64,000 nucleotides of DNA from Eledone cirrhosa (Eukaryota): positions 89,714,001 to 89,778,000 of the forward strand of contig OZ024740.1 of NCBI GenBank assembly GCA_964016885.1. The letters are read 5' to 3'. Positions within the stretch are counted from its first letter, which is position 1. Every line of letters starts with the position of its first letter. Shown here in pieces: positions 32,929-49,021 of the stretch. The position numbers and the translations under genes were made by a program. The notes below the pieces were generated by a model that saw nothing but the letters and a program-made list of their open reading frames with translations, did no database searches and was not told the origin of the DNA.

Positions 32929-32975
32929 TGCTTACAGCTGTTTCCTCCAAACCGAGGTTTGGATTCTTCGGAGCA
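32929..32975 (-). ncRNA. Minimal type I hammerhead ribozyme of the PLE pseudo-LTR (U4C variant)
   Basis: Minus strand: UGCU-CCGAAGA-A-UCCAAACC-UC-GGUUUGGA-G-GAAA-CAGCUG-UA-AGCA; stem I UGCU/AGCA, palindromic loop III AGCU, triplet GUA. Confidence 0.65.
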
Positions 32976-34417
32976 ATTTATTAATGCATGGACAGTTATA
33001 TGACCTCCTTTTCAGCCGAGAGACATACCAATACATATTCAAACATTGATACATATTCAAACATTGTGGGTCAACTTTCATTACAGAATTTAGAGTGGCA
33101 GTACACACTTCGAGATTACATTTATATTAATAGGTACAATCAAAAATCAAAGATATAGGTTAAAGTACAACATGAAGATAAGTGGTTATATAGTGCAAAT
33201 GTTATATGTGTGGCACGCATGTGCGTCTTGTTTATATAGTGTGGCAGAGAGATATGTGTGGTAGAGGCACTTAGGTAGGTAAATAAGAGTGTTAGGTTGG
33301 TAGATCTGGTGGGAAAGTCTTTATATGATTGATATAGTCTGTGTGTGGAGAAATATTATAAGCATTAAAGATAGTGCAAGCATTAAAAGTGTTATAAGTA
33401 TTGGAGATGCACAGCGCAGGGATGTCATGTAATTCATGTACTTCGGCATTTTCATGGTCAAGGGAGTGTATATTTCGATTATATGCCTTTCACATAATCC
33501 ACGACAATCCAGTTAGAGATCGTAGTCTGGTGTTCTTTAGTTCGATACAGGAGGTTGTTACGTTTCGAGAAACGCCATTGAATAAGGGAAGTGTGTGTGT
33601 GGCTAAGGGGAGTTAATGCATGCGGGGAGGTAACTCTGGGGTTTCTATATCTAGCCATTAAAATGTGTCCCAATATAGACCCTAAATTCTATGGTGAGGT
33701 GCACCTTCCAAGATAGACTTTTAAAGCATAAAGTGTACTAACTATAGAGTAGTTTAACTAAATTATGCTGAAGGTGATCATATTATTATTAAGGTGGATT
33801 AACCCCTCTTAAGGTGCTACAAATGGAAATTATAGATGATGAGCGAGGATTCTAAATTAATGATCTCTGTGGTTGTAGTCTGCTCATATGAAGAGGCGCG
33901 GTGATTGCAGGATTGCTTCAGGACCCAATGATCTCTGGTAAGGTCTGGGTCATCGCTTGCTACATTGGATGTCGAAAGATAATCGTCCCCAGGCAGGCCA
34001 AATGTCAATCCGCAGTCCTCGCGACCCCTCTCTGACCGTCAGATCATCCATATACGTACAACCCGCACGGCAGTTGCATTGGATTCACTCACTGCGCTCA
34101 CAGCCCGGTCCTACTGGTCAACAGCGCTACTCGATTAAATCATTTTACATCTGTCTAAGGAAGGTGTTTCCTCTGCCCAACACCATCCAACCGATCAATT
34201 CATGCTCAAATTACCCTTAGAGCGGTGTAGTGCCGTCCAAGTGGGTGGATGTTGTCACACCTGCCGTAGAGGTATAAATGGGTATTTTCCCTGCGAAGGG
34301 TTCCAGAGGTATGTCGTTGTTTGTGTTATAATGGATCAGCTAGTGTTGGGTATGTAGTATAGGGTGTGTCTCTGGTGTTTGATGCTAGATGTGGTGTTAG
34401 GTTCCAGTCCGACATTG

Positions 34418-35362
34418 CTATATATAGGGCTTAAAGTTTTGGAAGGAATGTCTGAGGCGGTGCTGGCAAGTTGCAAACACCTCAGATTTTTTGTTAAGTA
34501 GGTTACGGTTGGAGAAGATAATATTGTGTGTCTCTAGTATACAGAGGTTACAGAATTTATTAGGTGGTTTGTACGAGGTCGCGCTGCCTATCACTTCCCA
34601 TTTGAGTGTGTATGGTTTATTTTTAGATTTTAGATAGTGTATGTAGCTAGAAAGTGAGGTGGAGTTGGCTAGGCTGTGCTTTTTGAACGAGATATATCTG
34701 ATTTTGAAGCAGTTAGAAGTGGAACCTACATAGGTTTCTGAAGAGTTATTAGTCGTGACTGTGCATGAGTATATGACATCCTTGGTTAGGCATTTTTTAT
34801 CTAAAGGGCAGGTTCTATTAGCTCTACAGTTACAATTATTCTGTGCGTTAGTCCGCTGGTTATAATGCAATGCGGAAGTCTGTGTGGTGGATATAGGATT
34901 TTGGGTGTTCGGTTTGACAACCCTGGTGTTATTACTTATACTAGTGTTATTTCTATTGTTACTGCCGTTGCTATTGTTGCTTGCTACAGTGGTATTTAGA
35001 GGGTTTGCATCCCGTTGTGATTTTGTTTGTTGGAAGTAAGAACTAATTTTACTATTATTGCTGCTAGCTATGTGGTATGCTAAGTTAGGCGTCGTAGAGT
35101 ATGAGATTTTAATGGTGTTTTTGTTTAAGAGGTTGTGGTACTTGTGTCCTAGAGGGAAGTTTTTATCTAGTAGTGAGAAGAAAGCCCTAGGTATGTTGGT
35201 GGAGACATTTAGGTTGAAAGGAGGGTTGAAAAATGTATTATTTCTTCTTCTATTTTTGCTTTTAGTGTTTGGTGTGTTGCTTCCTCCTAAGGCCTCAGAG
35301 TAGTTTCCATGGTAATGGTTACTTCCGGTGGCACCCTCCGCTTTGGTGTACTTGTGGTTCAT
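34418..35362 (-). pseudogene. C-terminal part of PLE ORF: post-RT region, CxC zinc motif and GIY-YIG endonuclease
   Basis: FFNPPF..VSTNI..KNFP..H..NKNTIKISYS, CNCR....CPL...C, VIYSC..YVGST..FKIRY, WEVI, CNLCILE, LNKKSE..CQHR; RT core absent. Confidence 0.92.
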
Positions 35363-35598
35363 ATTCTCGGTTTGGAGGAAACAGCTGTAAGCACAATAAT
35401 GTTTTGAACAGTTCTTTGATTCTTATATTTCATATAACTGCTCTGTAAATCATCTGATGTTTTTACATTGAGCTACTTAACTTACTGGTAATAAGGTAGT
35501 AATACATTACTGCCTACCACTATTTAGGGTGTGTGTAAAATACTTACAACTGCTTTAGGTTTTGTGTTTACATAACCATAAATAATATAACTAATACT

Positions 35599-37740
<2,142 letters not shown>

Positions 37741-40670
37741 TTCATAGGTCAATCAGAATTAATAGTAACAATTACTTGCCCAAGTCACCTGCAATGTGAT
37801 AAACCCTATTCATCATGATTGTAAATCGGATGTATTAATATCATAACATATATTCACCGATTAAATCCTAATATTTAATTTCATTAGTTTTTCGCAATAT
37901 ATTTTTTTTGTGAATGTGGAACTCATATAAATCTGAGAATAACACGAATTATTTTCGTTTTCAGCGCAGTCATATTCCTACATTTTCCTTATAAATTAGA
38001 TGCATCTATTCATGTTAATATAAGGATGGCTGAGATATGTAAAATGTGATAAAGCACTTAACAATCTTGACCGTTAGAAAAAGAACATTTTCTCATCTTT
38101 CAATATTATATTTGTAAATAGCCTTTTCCAGACATGGTCTTTGAGAAAATAATTTATGAATACAAAATTAAGTTTTATAGAACAGCTGTCATATTCTGAA
38201 GTCATACACAAGCATTCCATAAACCTATATAACCAATCCTTCACTCCTAATATAACTAATATCAGCTTAGTGATATCTGTCTTAATATATTAAACAGTAA
38301 ATTGTCGATACGACTTAAAATTCTACAGTTTCGTGACTAAATATATCAATGTTAATAATTCCTCAGTATCTAATATTCATTCAACATTCGTCTATAGATA
38401 AGGAGACTGATTAAAACGTTTAGCAAGCGTAGACTAGACACGGAATTCTATATTTTCTTTAAACCTGGGGTACACATTAAACATGTTTTCATTAATGCAC
38501 TTCTTAAAATTGAAGATAATGCAGCTGAATATTTGAAAATTAGTAGCATAACGCACTTTGGTGATGCCTGTATAATTCATGTTTAAACAGCAATGAGTCA
38601 ATGCAATAAAACATATATTCCTTCTCGAAATGTAGCGAATATTTGTTCAACTAGTGATGACTCTGTATCCCTTAACTATCCACTTATAAATGTGTAACAG
38701 GAAGAATGCTCAAGAAGGGGGGGGGGCAAAGTTTTCCGTTTCAATAATGATGAGATACGATATTTTCTGGTTGATGTTTATACAAAAATTTCAAGCATAT
38801 AATATAGTCAATTTTGTCGAATCTATCCTCCTTTGCAGAACAAAATGCACATTGTACCTGCATACAATCAAACAATAATATTGTTATTGCAGCAGCGCCG
38901 TTTTAATGATGCAAATAATAAATGTAGCTGAATGTAGCCAGTAGCAAATAGTTTAGTAACAGATAAATGGAAATGGAAAGTTTCAAAGAAAACATATAGG
39001 CAGCGTTCTGAAACCTGATTTATATGTGACAAACAACAGTTATCATTTTTTCTTTCTTGCTTGGTAACCGTTTTTATATATCACACCATTTTTCACTACT
39101 TTAGAAGTTATCACGCCTTACATTTAAACATGTCTACCAGAAAAAATCACATTACATGACCAAGTAAAATTTTAGTTATTTAATTCTATACATTTATTCT
39201 TTTAAAGTTAGAATATATATTTACATTTTTATGCGCTCCGAAATTTCATTCTAGATTTAAAGAAATCAAAAAGCATTCTTACATGAATGTTTGGGCGTGG
39301 CAACAGAAAAGTCTCCGAACAAAACTGAAATTGAATATTGGAACAAAATAGAATGTTCCGAGACGTGTTACAAAGAATAACCGATCATAGACAATACCGA
39401 AGTAGCTGCAGCAACATCAGTAGGAATAATGGCATCTTGTGTAAAAATATTGACAACAGAAACAAGGATTTGAAAGGAATAATAAAATTAACGCCCGCAA
39501 AAGGATTCAGAAAATACATGACGCCAGCATCGAGCATGCAGTATAACATACATTATGTGATTTAATTCAAATCTATAGATAGAAAACTGTCAAAGATATG
39601 TTGCAAATATTTTCTCCCAATCGATAGTACTTCCACTATTCTAAAATTAACTCCAATTTTAACTCGAGGAAAAATACATCACGAAATAATTTTTACATTT
39701 CGTGAAATAACTTTAAAGAAACCAATGGAAATAGTTCAATTTTATTCAAATGCTCAATTCATACAAACACACATAAATTCATATAAATATTCACTGCATT
39801 ATTCAAACTACAATCGTTGCTACTTGTCGATATACTCCAACAAAACAAAATAATCTTTCATTAAAATACACGAGAACAATATATATTTTTTCAGTGTCTT
39901 TTAAGTCTGCTTTTGTTTCGAGAGATGAATTCCCTTTCAGATTTTCATCATACTCACACGGATAATTTTAACGATTTTCGTTTTTCAAGAGCACTTGTCA
40001 TGCGCCATTTTACAAGAATATTATCTGTCAAGTTAAATAAAAGAAAACGACACAACCAGATGTATACGTATTTTATGAGCTTTAACAGTTTTGTTTGTTT
40101 CAAAAGGAAAAGCTTTTCTTTTTACTTCAAAGGCACTTGAATTACCGTCTTTTTACACAGAAATAACCTATTTTCGAAGTAGAAAATGTACTGAAATAAA
40201 ACAGAACAATGATGCACACGAAAATACAAGAGGAAGCGATCAATTTTGTTTGAATTATTAAAAATTTACATTCCGAATTCATAATTTCTAACAATTTTGA
40301 TGTCGTAATTTCAAATCCGAAACGATATTACACTGAAGTATCTCACAATTCTGTTTTTCAATTAAAACTTGGTCAAACATTTACAAGATAAAAAGTAAAT
40401 GTGACATGGCGGTACAAGAACATACTGGAATACTCTCACATGAATATGGCTATGTGTTCTTGCATGTATATCCATGTTTAATGAAAAAAATAGGAAAGTG
40501 GCTAATCATCATATTGGACCAAGGAAGCATCGTTTCGATTGCTATATTTATTGATGCTATATACTCATCAGGAGCAACGTGAAATAATGTATATTGTTGA
40601 AGAATAAATCTCTCCGCGGGTTCCATCAGTCAAACACTCTGCTACATAATGAAGAATAACACGCCAGGGG

Positions 40671-40759
<89 letters not shown>

Positions 40760-41174
40760 GTATCTTTTTTTTAAAGACCATTTTCGCTCAGAAATGTTCA
40801 TGGGTTTAGCGAACCTCAAATGTTCCATGCGAAAAAATCCCTCGCTAGGTATTATGTGGAAGACAACCAGTCACGCATCCTCACAACACTCCCCTCTGCA
40901 ACCCACCCACATTGTACAAATGAAAGAAAAGTCCGATAGAGCATAGCACTAAAGACGTCGTAACTCCTTACTGAGTGAAATAAGGGTAATGTGAAATTAA
41001 GTATTTCTGAATGACACAAGCTCATTCCAGGCCCGGGAGACGGATGCATAACTTGACAACTAGACATTAAACGCATTTGGCCCTTAACCACGCACCATCG
41101 TCTTGTAATCTACTCTAAACAATTACCTTATACCAACAGCATCATCAAAATTACCACAACTATTACTACTAATA

Positions 41175-41200
41175 CTAGCAGAAATTCCGCTCCCGGGCGG
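41175..41200 (-). mobile_element. Helitron 3' terminus
   Basis: Minus strand CCGC-CCGGGA-GCGG hairpin, 8 nt, then CTAG followed by T. Confidence 0.55.
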
Positions 41201-41295
41201 TTTTCTCCTAGCATTTGTAGTGTGCGTATTGTTTTTATATGCAGATATATATGCTTATAGATATGATATGTAAATCGAAAAGTAAATTGACAATA

Positions 41296-41972
41296 TCTTC
41301 TTCTTCGCCCACTTTATCTGAGAAGGTCGTGGGGGCAGAGTCCTCCCCAAACACTATTTCCAGTTAGTCTGTCAGAAGCAAGCATCTCTAACTGATCCAT
41401 CTGAATCCCAAAGCGTGACTAGCCAAGCTCATAGATGTTATCCAACTATCTTGCTCGGAACTACCTCTGTGTCTCTTGCTGATTAGATTTGCCGGTACAA
41501 TCTGTTCAGCGATTCTTTCCTGAGACATTCTACCCACATGCCCATAATATCGGAGCTGTGATCTCTCAAACCGGAGAAGTAGCGACTCAACCAGGAGTGA
41601 CTCTCTGATCTCTGAGCTCTGCCCTTTTATAGAGTAATGCTACTCCAAGACCCTTCCGAGGAACCCCACTTCTGCCGTTTGTATTGGCAATTGTATTCTT
41701 TCGGTCATTACACAAGATGCATGACCCTCAGTAAGGGTTGGTAGAAATACCAGGAAGAGAGCGAATTTGGATTTTACACCTACTTCCTTTCTTCTGAATA
41801 CTGAATGCTGATGGTGGCGCATTACTACATCAGCTTTTGCAATTCTTGCACTTAATTCAGCCTCTTGCCTTCAATCACTCATGATACTTGAAATTCTCCA
41901 GCTGCTTCAGTGGAACTCCATTCACATGTATATAAATTTGAGCGACTTCTATTCATCCCTCTATCACAACAT
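41296..41972 (-). mobile_element. RTE-clade LINE 3' fragment
   Basis: VNGVPLKQLENFKY, ARIAKA, PTLT.GH..VMTE..IQTAEVGFLGRV, FERSQLRYYGHVGRM, HRG; (GAA)n tail at 41296-41306. Confidence 0.85.
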
Positions 41973-42065
41973 GTGTGTATGTGTTTGTGTGAATGTATGT
42001 GTGTGTAAAAGGAAGGAAGGAAGGGGATACACTTATATGTCTCTAAATTATTCACGGTGACACAT

Positions 42066-42103
<38 letters not shown>

Positions 42104-42189
42104 GACACACACACGTCTCTAATTTAAGAATGCCAACAAACTCATGCGCGCGCACATGCACAAACTATTCTATTACCACTGAAGAGCTT

Positions 42190-42410
42190 TAGCCCAGGCA
42201 AATATCCCCTCAATGTTGAAACCGTCTGGGTTGTCCAGAGTTGATGGGGACGTCGAGCTACTGACTGCGAGTTTCTTATCGTCACTGGTGGCTCGCCTAA
42301 CAGAGGTAACTGGTGATGCTCATGAAGGTGCTTGGTTGTTCCAGTACCTCAGCCTGGCCATCAACCCAGGTAACGCCGCATGTCTACTGGCTTGTCTAAA
42401 TAATTATTAG
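42190..42410 (+). mobile_element. Short CRE-clade endonuclease-region fragment
   Basis: PSGLSRVDG and FLSSLVARLTEVTGD..EGAWLFQYLSLAINPGNA parallel [10 protein letters not shown] and RVSIAVLRGNA of the 4980-5802 element. Confidence 0.7.
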
Positions 42411-42490
42411 AGAGGTTTCCCAGTGCTCTCCACGATATTATCTATTGCTCCGGTAGTAGCTCGTTTCTCCATCCATTTTGCTTGCCTTTA

Positions 42491-42738
42491 GTTGTATGTG
42501 GTCCTAGATGTATGTATTATCTGCTTGTGAGTTGTATGTTGTCCTAGATGTATGTATTACCTGCTCGTGTGTTTTATGTTGCCCTCGATGTGTATATTAC
42601 CTGCTTGTGTGTTGTATGTGGTCCTAGATGTGTGTATTACCTGCTTGTGTGTTGTATGTGGCCCTAGATGTATGTATTACCTGCTTGTGTGTTGTATGTG
42701 GTTCTAGATGTGTGTATTATCTGCTTGTGTGTTGTATA
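42491..42738. repeat. 40-bp minisatellite, 6.2 copies
   Basis: Unit GTTGTATGTGGTCCTAGATGTATGTATTACCTGCTTGTGT with exact 40-bp period. Confidence 0.95.
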
Positions 42739-42940
42739 TAGAGATCGAACCTGGAGCTGTTTAATCTCGAAAAATATGTGTAAACAAGTGAGTAAATCTA
42801 ATGAAAATTTGCCAACTTGTCCACTCTTATTATTGATATTTCACTCTGCTTAGTACAACACCAAATATATACTGGAAAATACGCATTGAGAGCTCTCTCT
42901 GATGAACCAACAGTAAGTTAAATTTAAACCCTAAACTAAA

Positions 42941-43114
<174 letters not shown>

Positions 43115-43258
43115 GATGGTGTTGTCTATATCTATTATTTGGGATGTATTCTATATTTGTTATTTTCCTTTGCACTCCCTCCTTAAATAATTCAACTTAC
43201 CTAATTACTCTCTTATCTGTATGACCTGCGACCCAAAACAATGTTTATTATTATTTTG

Positions 43259-43955
43259 GTGGGGGATAGGCAGTATCGGGAGAGTATCGGACACCTTGCT
43301 TTGCAACAAAGAGTAACAGCTCTTTATGATCTGAGTTCAAATCTCACCGAGATTAACTTTGTCTTTCATCCTTACAGTGTCTATAAATAAAGTACCAGTC
43401 ACGCACTGGGGTTGATTTAATCGACTTTCCCCTTCCCCGCAATTGCTGGCCTTGTGCCTATATAAGAAATCATTATTATTTTGATGGTGGATAAAATAAA
43501 GTACCAGTAATACACTGGTTAATTGCTGGCCTTGTGCCAAAAAAGTAGAAACAATTATTGTGGCGGTGGATTGGCAGTATGGGTAGAGAGTCGGACCCCA
43601 TGCTTTTAAGCATATAGTCACGTCCCTTTATGATCTGAGTTCAAATCCCGCCGAGGTTAACTTTGTCTTTCATCCTTACGGGGTCGATAAAATAAAGTAC
43701 CAGTAATGTACTGGTGATTGCTGGCCTTGTGCCAAAAATAGAAACAATTATTATTTTAGTAGTTGGATTGGCAGTATCGGTAGAGGGTCGGCCGCCATGC
43801 TTTGCAGCACAGAGTTACGGCCCTTTATGGTCTGAGTTAAAATCCCGCCGAGGTTAACTTTGCCTTTCATCCTTACAGGGTCGATAAAATAAAGTACCAG
43901 TAATACACTGGGTTATTTGCTGCCTTGTGCCAAAAGTAGAAATAATTATTATTTT
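43259..43955 (+). mobile_element. Head-to-tail array of tRNA-derived SINEs (three full + one partial)
   Basis: Each has A-box-like TGGCAGTATCGG, B-box GAGTTCAAATCC, core GCCTTTCATCCTTACGGGGTCGATAAAATAAAGTACCAG (Meta-domain-like by recall) and an (ATT)n tail; heads at ~43259, ~43561 and ~43757. Confidence 0.88.
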
Positions 43956-46900
43956 AGTAGTTATCTATTCTTAGCAGCGAATTCTCAATATCTCTAACAG
44001 ACCCTGTTTATCTTCATTGAAACCGTTTAAACTTCTAGAAAATATCCTAAATTAGATAGATTGTTTCACATGTCATTTCTTTAGCTGAATATATGGATAA
44101 TATAATTCCCTATCAATTTTTGAGAGTTATTGTGAAATCACGATGAAATTCGAAGCGCATTTCTGTATTATTATTTTTGAATGACCAAGTAACTCCATAT
44201 CAAACTACTTTCTCTGCGTATGCTCCAACTGTGTAACTGACCAAGTTGCTTAAAGTGATTGACTGCTTCCCATTTTGAAATTGTAATCGTTATTTTAAAG
44301 GAGTTAAATTGCTAATACCTCAAGTGGAAGCCGAATATCATTCTCTTTGTTTTGCGTTTAAACTGAGCAGTTCTGATTGTTTCGTTAAGGGTTAACCCTT
44401 ACAAAATATACATCTGTGTGTTTTGTTATTCGTTAAGGGTTAACCCTTACATAATATGCATCTGTGTGTTTTGTTATTTATGGACATATCTATGTACGTA
44501 TGTATAACTCTATCCGATTCTCCTTCACTCTCTCCTTTTCTTCGTCTCTCACTTTATCTCCCTCTCTCCTCTCCTTCTTAGTTCAAGGCTGGAAACATTG
44601 ACATGTTCGTTATAGAATCACACCTTCACTAATCTAGCCATATCATCAGAATGAATGAAACAATTATACTAAATTTCCAGTCGTACCGCTAGCTAGATAG
44701 TGGATGTAGAAATATGAAAAGGCATGGGCGAGGTGTTAAGACAAGCTGAAGTGTAATCTTTCAGGAATCATTATATATCTTGAGCAAGTGGCGTTGGAGT
44801 GAAAGGACTGGAGAGAAACTTTGAGTCCAGTTGTATACTTTAGATACGAAAAGCAAGATGGAGTAGAACAACATTATCAAACTTACCAACATCATAGTCT
44901 AGTAAACCTTACACATGCAGAAACTGTGGACTTACTTGCATAACATTGGCAGGTCAAATATGATGCCCGAAATAAACATCCAAACCGAAAGAACTGAATA
45001 TAATTTTCGGATCTTCCTACGTTGATGTCGTCGGTAGAGTTCATCGTATATATATATACACAGACATCAATATTCATAATTTAATGAGGAGTGAGTTAAT
45101 ATATTTCCAGTTGTAACGCAAACACGTTATTAAAAGAATGAATAACATCTCTTCTGTACCTATGCGTGAACGATGGCTTTTTTGAAGGAGAGAAAATTAT
45201 CGCAAAAATGAATCCACAGACCTATGTATTTCTGATAAAATATCCATTTTATTTTGAAAATTGTCAGATGTAAGAAATAAAAAAAAGAAAACACGCTTTT
45301 AGTTTCATTCTGTAATTACGATACATCTCTCTATATTTGTAAATGTATGTTATTGTGAGTATATCCGATATAATATATTCCTTGTAATACTCACGATTAG
45401 TTTCCATAAATGTATTCATGAATATATTAAAGTGTGACGTAGTGTTTTGCAGAAATACGTATACATCCATAATCTCTTGAATTTTCTGTTATCTTTACAT
45501 ATCTATATTGAGTGTTTTCTTTTAAATTGCATCAACCTAACATTGAATTAAAATATCTGCAATCGATGGAAATATATTTCTATATATTACGAAAAAAAGC
45601 AATGATCGTTTGTAATCCAATAAAATACAAGCAACTGTAAATGTAGAATCGATTTCTTTTTAATCACAAGGCTCTTTTGTATGAGAATTTATATAGACGA
45701 TAATCCCTGGCAACATGCATAATGGGTGCTTATTTTATCGATCAGGAAGCGATTAAAGAAATGGAAGTCAACACTAAAAACCAAAGAAATTGAGTTGGAT
45801 AAGTAAGAGGGAAAAACAAACATAAAATATGTACCTGCACCTCAACTCCGCATATATAATATGCATATCACATCATGCACAGAAAATGACTTTTTCAATC
45901 ATATATTGCGCTGGAATCAAGATACATATTATATATTATATTTATCTGATAATAAATGCAATCACGTTTTCACATTGAATCAATAAATCAGTTTCATATT
46001 CCATCTTCATATCTTCAATTCCTAAAATGATATTTCATTTCCAATAGTATGGGCTACACAATATTCAGCCGAGTTATATTCTTTTAAAATAATTTCTTTC
46101 CCGTCTCAGCAGGTGTTACCGTAAACAGAATTACACACTTGGAATACATGATTACTGATTATACTATGGACATTAGAAGCTAGAGGAAACAAACAGACAA
46201 CTATTCAGGTCGGTGCTTATTATTACACTCACCATATTCTCATCCAAATCCATGCTGAGAGATTCTGGATTCGCGGCCTCTTTAAAACAAACATACCTTT
46301 GCACGTTTGTTTTTTTTCTTTTGCTGTGGGAGTGGGTTACTTTATGTTAAGAATTGAAATACTGTCATGATCCAATTTGCATTTCATTTTTCCCTGGTGG
46401 ATAGGATAAGGAACAGAAAACTTAGAGACAACAATACTATTGACCCTTGACACACCCAAGAGAAATGGTCTGGTGAGAAAGAAAGTGAACATTCTAGAGA
46501 GAGAAATCGATTTAGTACAACATATTGCGTCATTTACCTATAAATGCATCTCTTCTCTTATTCTTTAGATTCTCAATTAGATGATCTCCAGTGCTTCAAC
46601 ATCAATCCGGTTTGTTTTGTACTTGTTTGTTCGTTTCCAACTAACGATAAATATATTTAGACATAGGGACAAGTATTAAAAATGACATTGGGGAATACAA
46701 TTGTGGCATTTTATTGTCTGTACTATAGAGGAAATTCGTTTGCCTATACTAAAGCAGTGAATGTTGTATTACAATGTATAAACATGATAGTTACCAGCTA
46801 AGTAACGTCACTTGGATGGTATCTCCTTAATAATATAACAAGAAAAAAAGTTAGAATTGTCATATTTAAACTAATTTAATTATGGGGATTACGAAACAAA

Positions 46901-48990
46901 ATAATACTGCAAATCATATATTTGGAAACGCATTGTTGAGAATTCTAGTGACATTTTTCACAAAATATTTTGCTCGGCTTTTGTAAGCTGTTCGACGCCA
47001 TATCATGTAAGACACAGTCCTCTGAAAATGTGTACTACTCTGTAAAATAAAAAAATTCTCTGTCGTTGGATATTTACTAAACGCATTACAATATCAGTGA
47101 CAACGTTTCTACACCGGCATAAACTTTTAAATCTAATTTTTATCTATTTCACTAACAATTTCCTTTACATTAAGTTATGTAATTATCATCTACTCAAAAC
47201 ACATTAATTTTTCCACTTAGAAAAAAGTTTAAATACAGAAAACACTCTATTCAAGGTTTCTCATAATCTGCAATTAGTTTAACTTTTATTGTTAGTGCTG
47301 TTTAGTGTTATAATTGGTTGGGCATAGGATGTGTAGCTGCCTTCTTCACAAAAAGTATATCTAGTATAAATTATCGATCCACCATCTGATGTTTGATATG
47401 GTTATGTGTAATAGGATAAATATACATTTACTATGTTTACGTCATTAAATAGTAATGGTGATGTTTTATCATTCTGATATATTGCAGGATTGTTTTTCAA
47501 ACCCAGGGACGGTATATATTTACTAATTTTAACATTTTAACATTTTATGTACCTTGGAAGAAACAGCATTGCTTCTACCTCGCATTCCTTGTTTACAAAT
47601 AAAGAAATATGGCTCATAAATTCGCTGGCTGACACCCTTTTGAAAGTGTAGAGGCATGTTTCATACTGGAGACCAATCATATGTTTTCATATTTAAGTCA
47701 TTTTTACATAATATTCAGGTAAATATTCGCGAAGCTTTTATGTTTGACCTCGAATTTCGTTAACAATTCATGTCTCCGTTCACCGAGTACATGTCTCGCC
47801 GCTCTTGTTTTATATGTTTTGCCATTTGACATTCTGACACGATCTCTTACTTTATTTGCAAGCGCCATTCTAGATCGTTGCAATTTCCTAATGAAAATAT
47901 AGTTTAAATTATCTCTACCTATATTTTCATGTGTACCCACTGATCATATTGAATTGAGGTGCACATTAACCTTCTTACATTACTTAGAACTGAAATGGGA
48001 TTTGTGAGTTAACTTCAGCTGCATCAATTATATTCCATTCAATTTGTAGGGCTTCAGGTAATATGTATCATAAAACCGCATCCTTTCATTTCCCGTTTCA
48101 TTGCTGTCGTTCAATTTGTCAGAATTGTTTCACACGAATCAACAATATTAACATAATTAAATAATAACTACTATTACAACAAAAATAATATTACTGATGC
48201 TGATATTAATAACACTAGCATCAATTCATTTATCACATTAATCATTCAGAGATTAAGTTCATTTAATAACATTTGGAAAAAGGAAGAGTTTATGGATATA
48301 CGCCCTCTCCAATGCAGTTCATCTCTCATGTATAAACGTAAGCGTTAATATACTATACGACTAAATTTCTTAATTTAAAGTATAAATGATGCATTATGAA
48401 ATGCACTGGGTTTAAATTTGGGATAAAATCAGATAATGTAGGGACTAATTCAATTCCATTACACTTTCCCTTCCATATTACTGCATTATTAAGTATGAAA
48501 CAATTCACAACTCGGTTAAACTATGCTAGATTCTCTTCTTTTGTCTAACCAATCATATTTATCCACATTCAAATTATCTTTTCTGATTGTTTCATTTATT
48601 TATATTCTATGATAATTTCTCATGCGGATGAATTTGAAATTAATATGATATATATATTGTCGAAAACATCTATAATGTCCTATAAAAGCACCAACGGTGG
48701 CACATTATTCACCCCCACACACCCACGCACTCACACGCACACACACATACAAACACCCACACACTTACACACACTTACACACACATGTATATATATATAT
48801 ATTTATTAAAATAACGGTATCCTACACGAGTGAAAATATAAGGAAAAAAGACGAAATCGAAAATGAACTGGAACCTTTTTTTTAAAAATATATATATATT
48901 TGGTTCCTTTACCGGTTTTGCAGTTGTTCTGCTTTTCAAAAGTAGAATGGAGATGGAGGGTCTGTGGTTTTTCTCACATCTGTGAGAAAA

Positions 48991-49021
<31 letters not shown>

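Larger units (their letters stand above)
32886..35598 (-). mobile_element. Penelope-like retroelement (Naiad type), 5'-truncated with inverted pseudo-LTR
   Basis: GIY-YIG ORF 35362-34418, ~1.5-kb 3' region ending in a hammerhead, 71-bp inverted repeats 32886-32956 / 35366-35436, (TA)n on both sides. Confidence 0.9.

Noticed and set aside
33910-33960. SECIS-like ATGA..TGA hairpin on the minus strand
   Set aside because: Helix is out of register with the GA quartet, there is no apical AA, and the upstream ORF has no in-frame TGA
39340-39560. Minus-strand peptide FTQDAIIPTDVAAATSVLSM as a possible host exon
   Set aside because: Short, flanked by stops, no convincing splice pair or neighbouring exons
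40590-40640. CTGATGG..GAGA motif on the minus strand next to (TA)n
   Set aside because: Two core mismatches and weak stems; at most a decayed relic
42491-42738. CRISPR-like regular array
   Set aside because: Contiguous tandem units with no unique spacers, no cas genes, eukaryotic context
43561-43660. tRNA gene
   Set aside because: A/B boxes present but no cloverleaf; it is a SINE head
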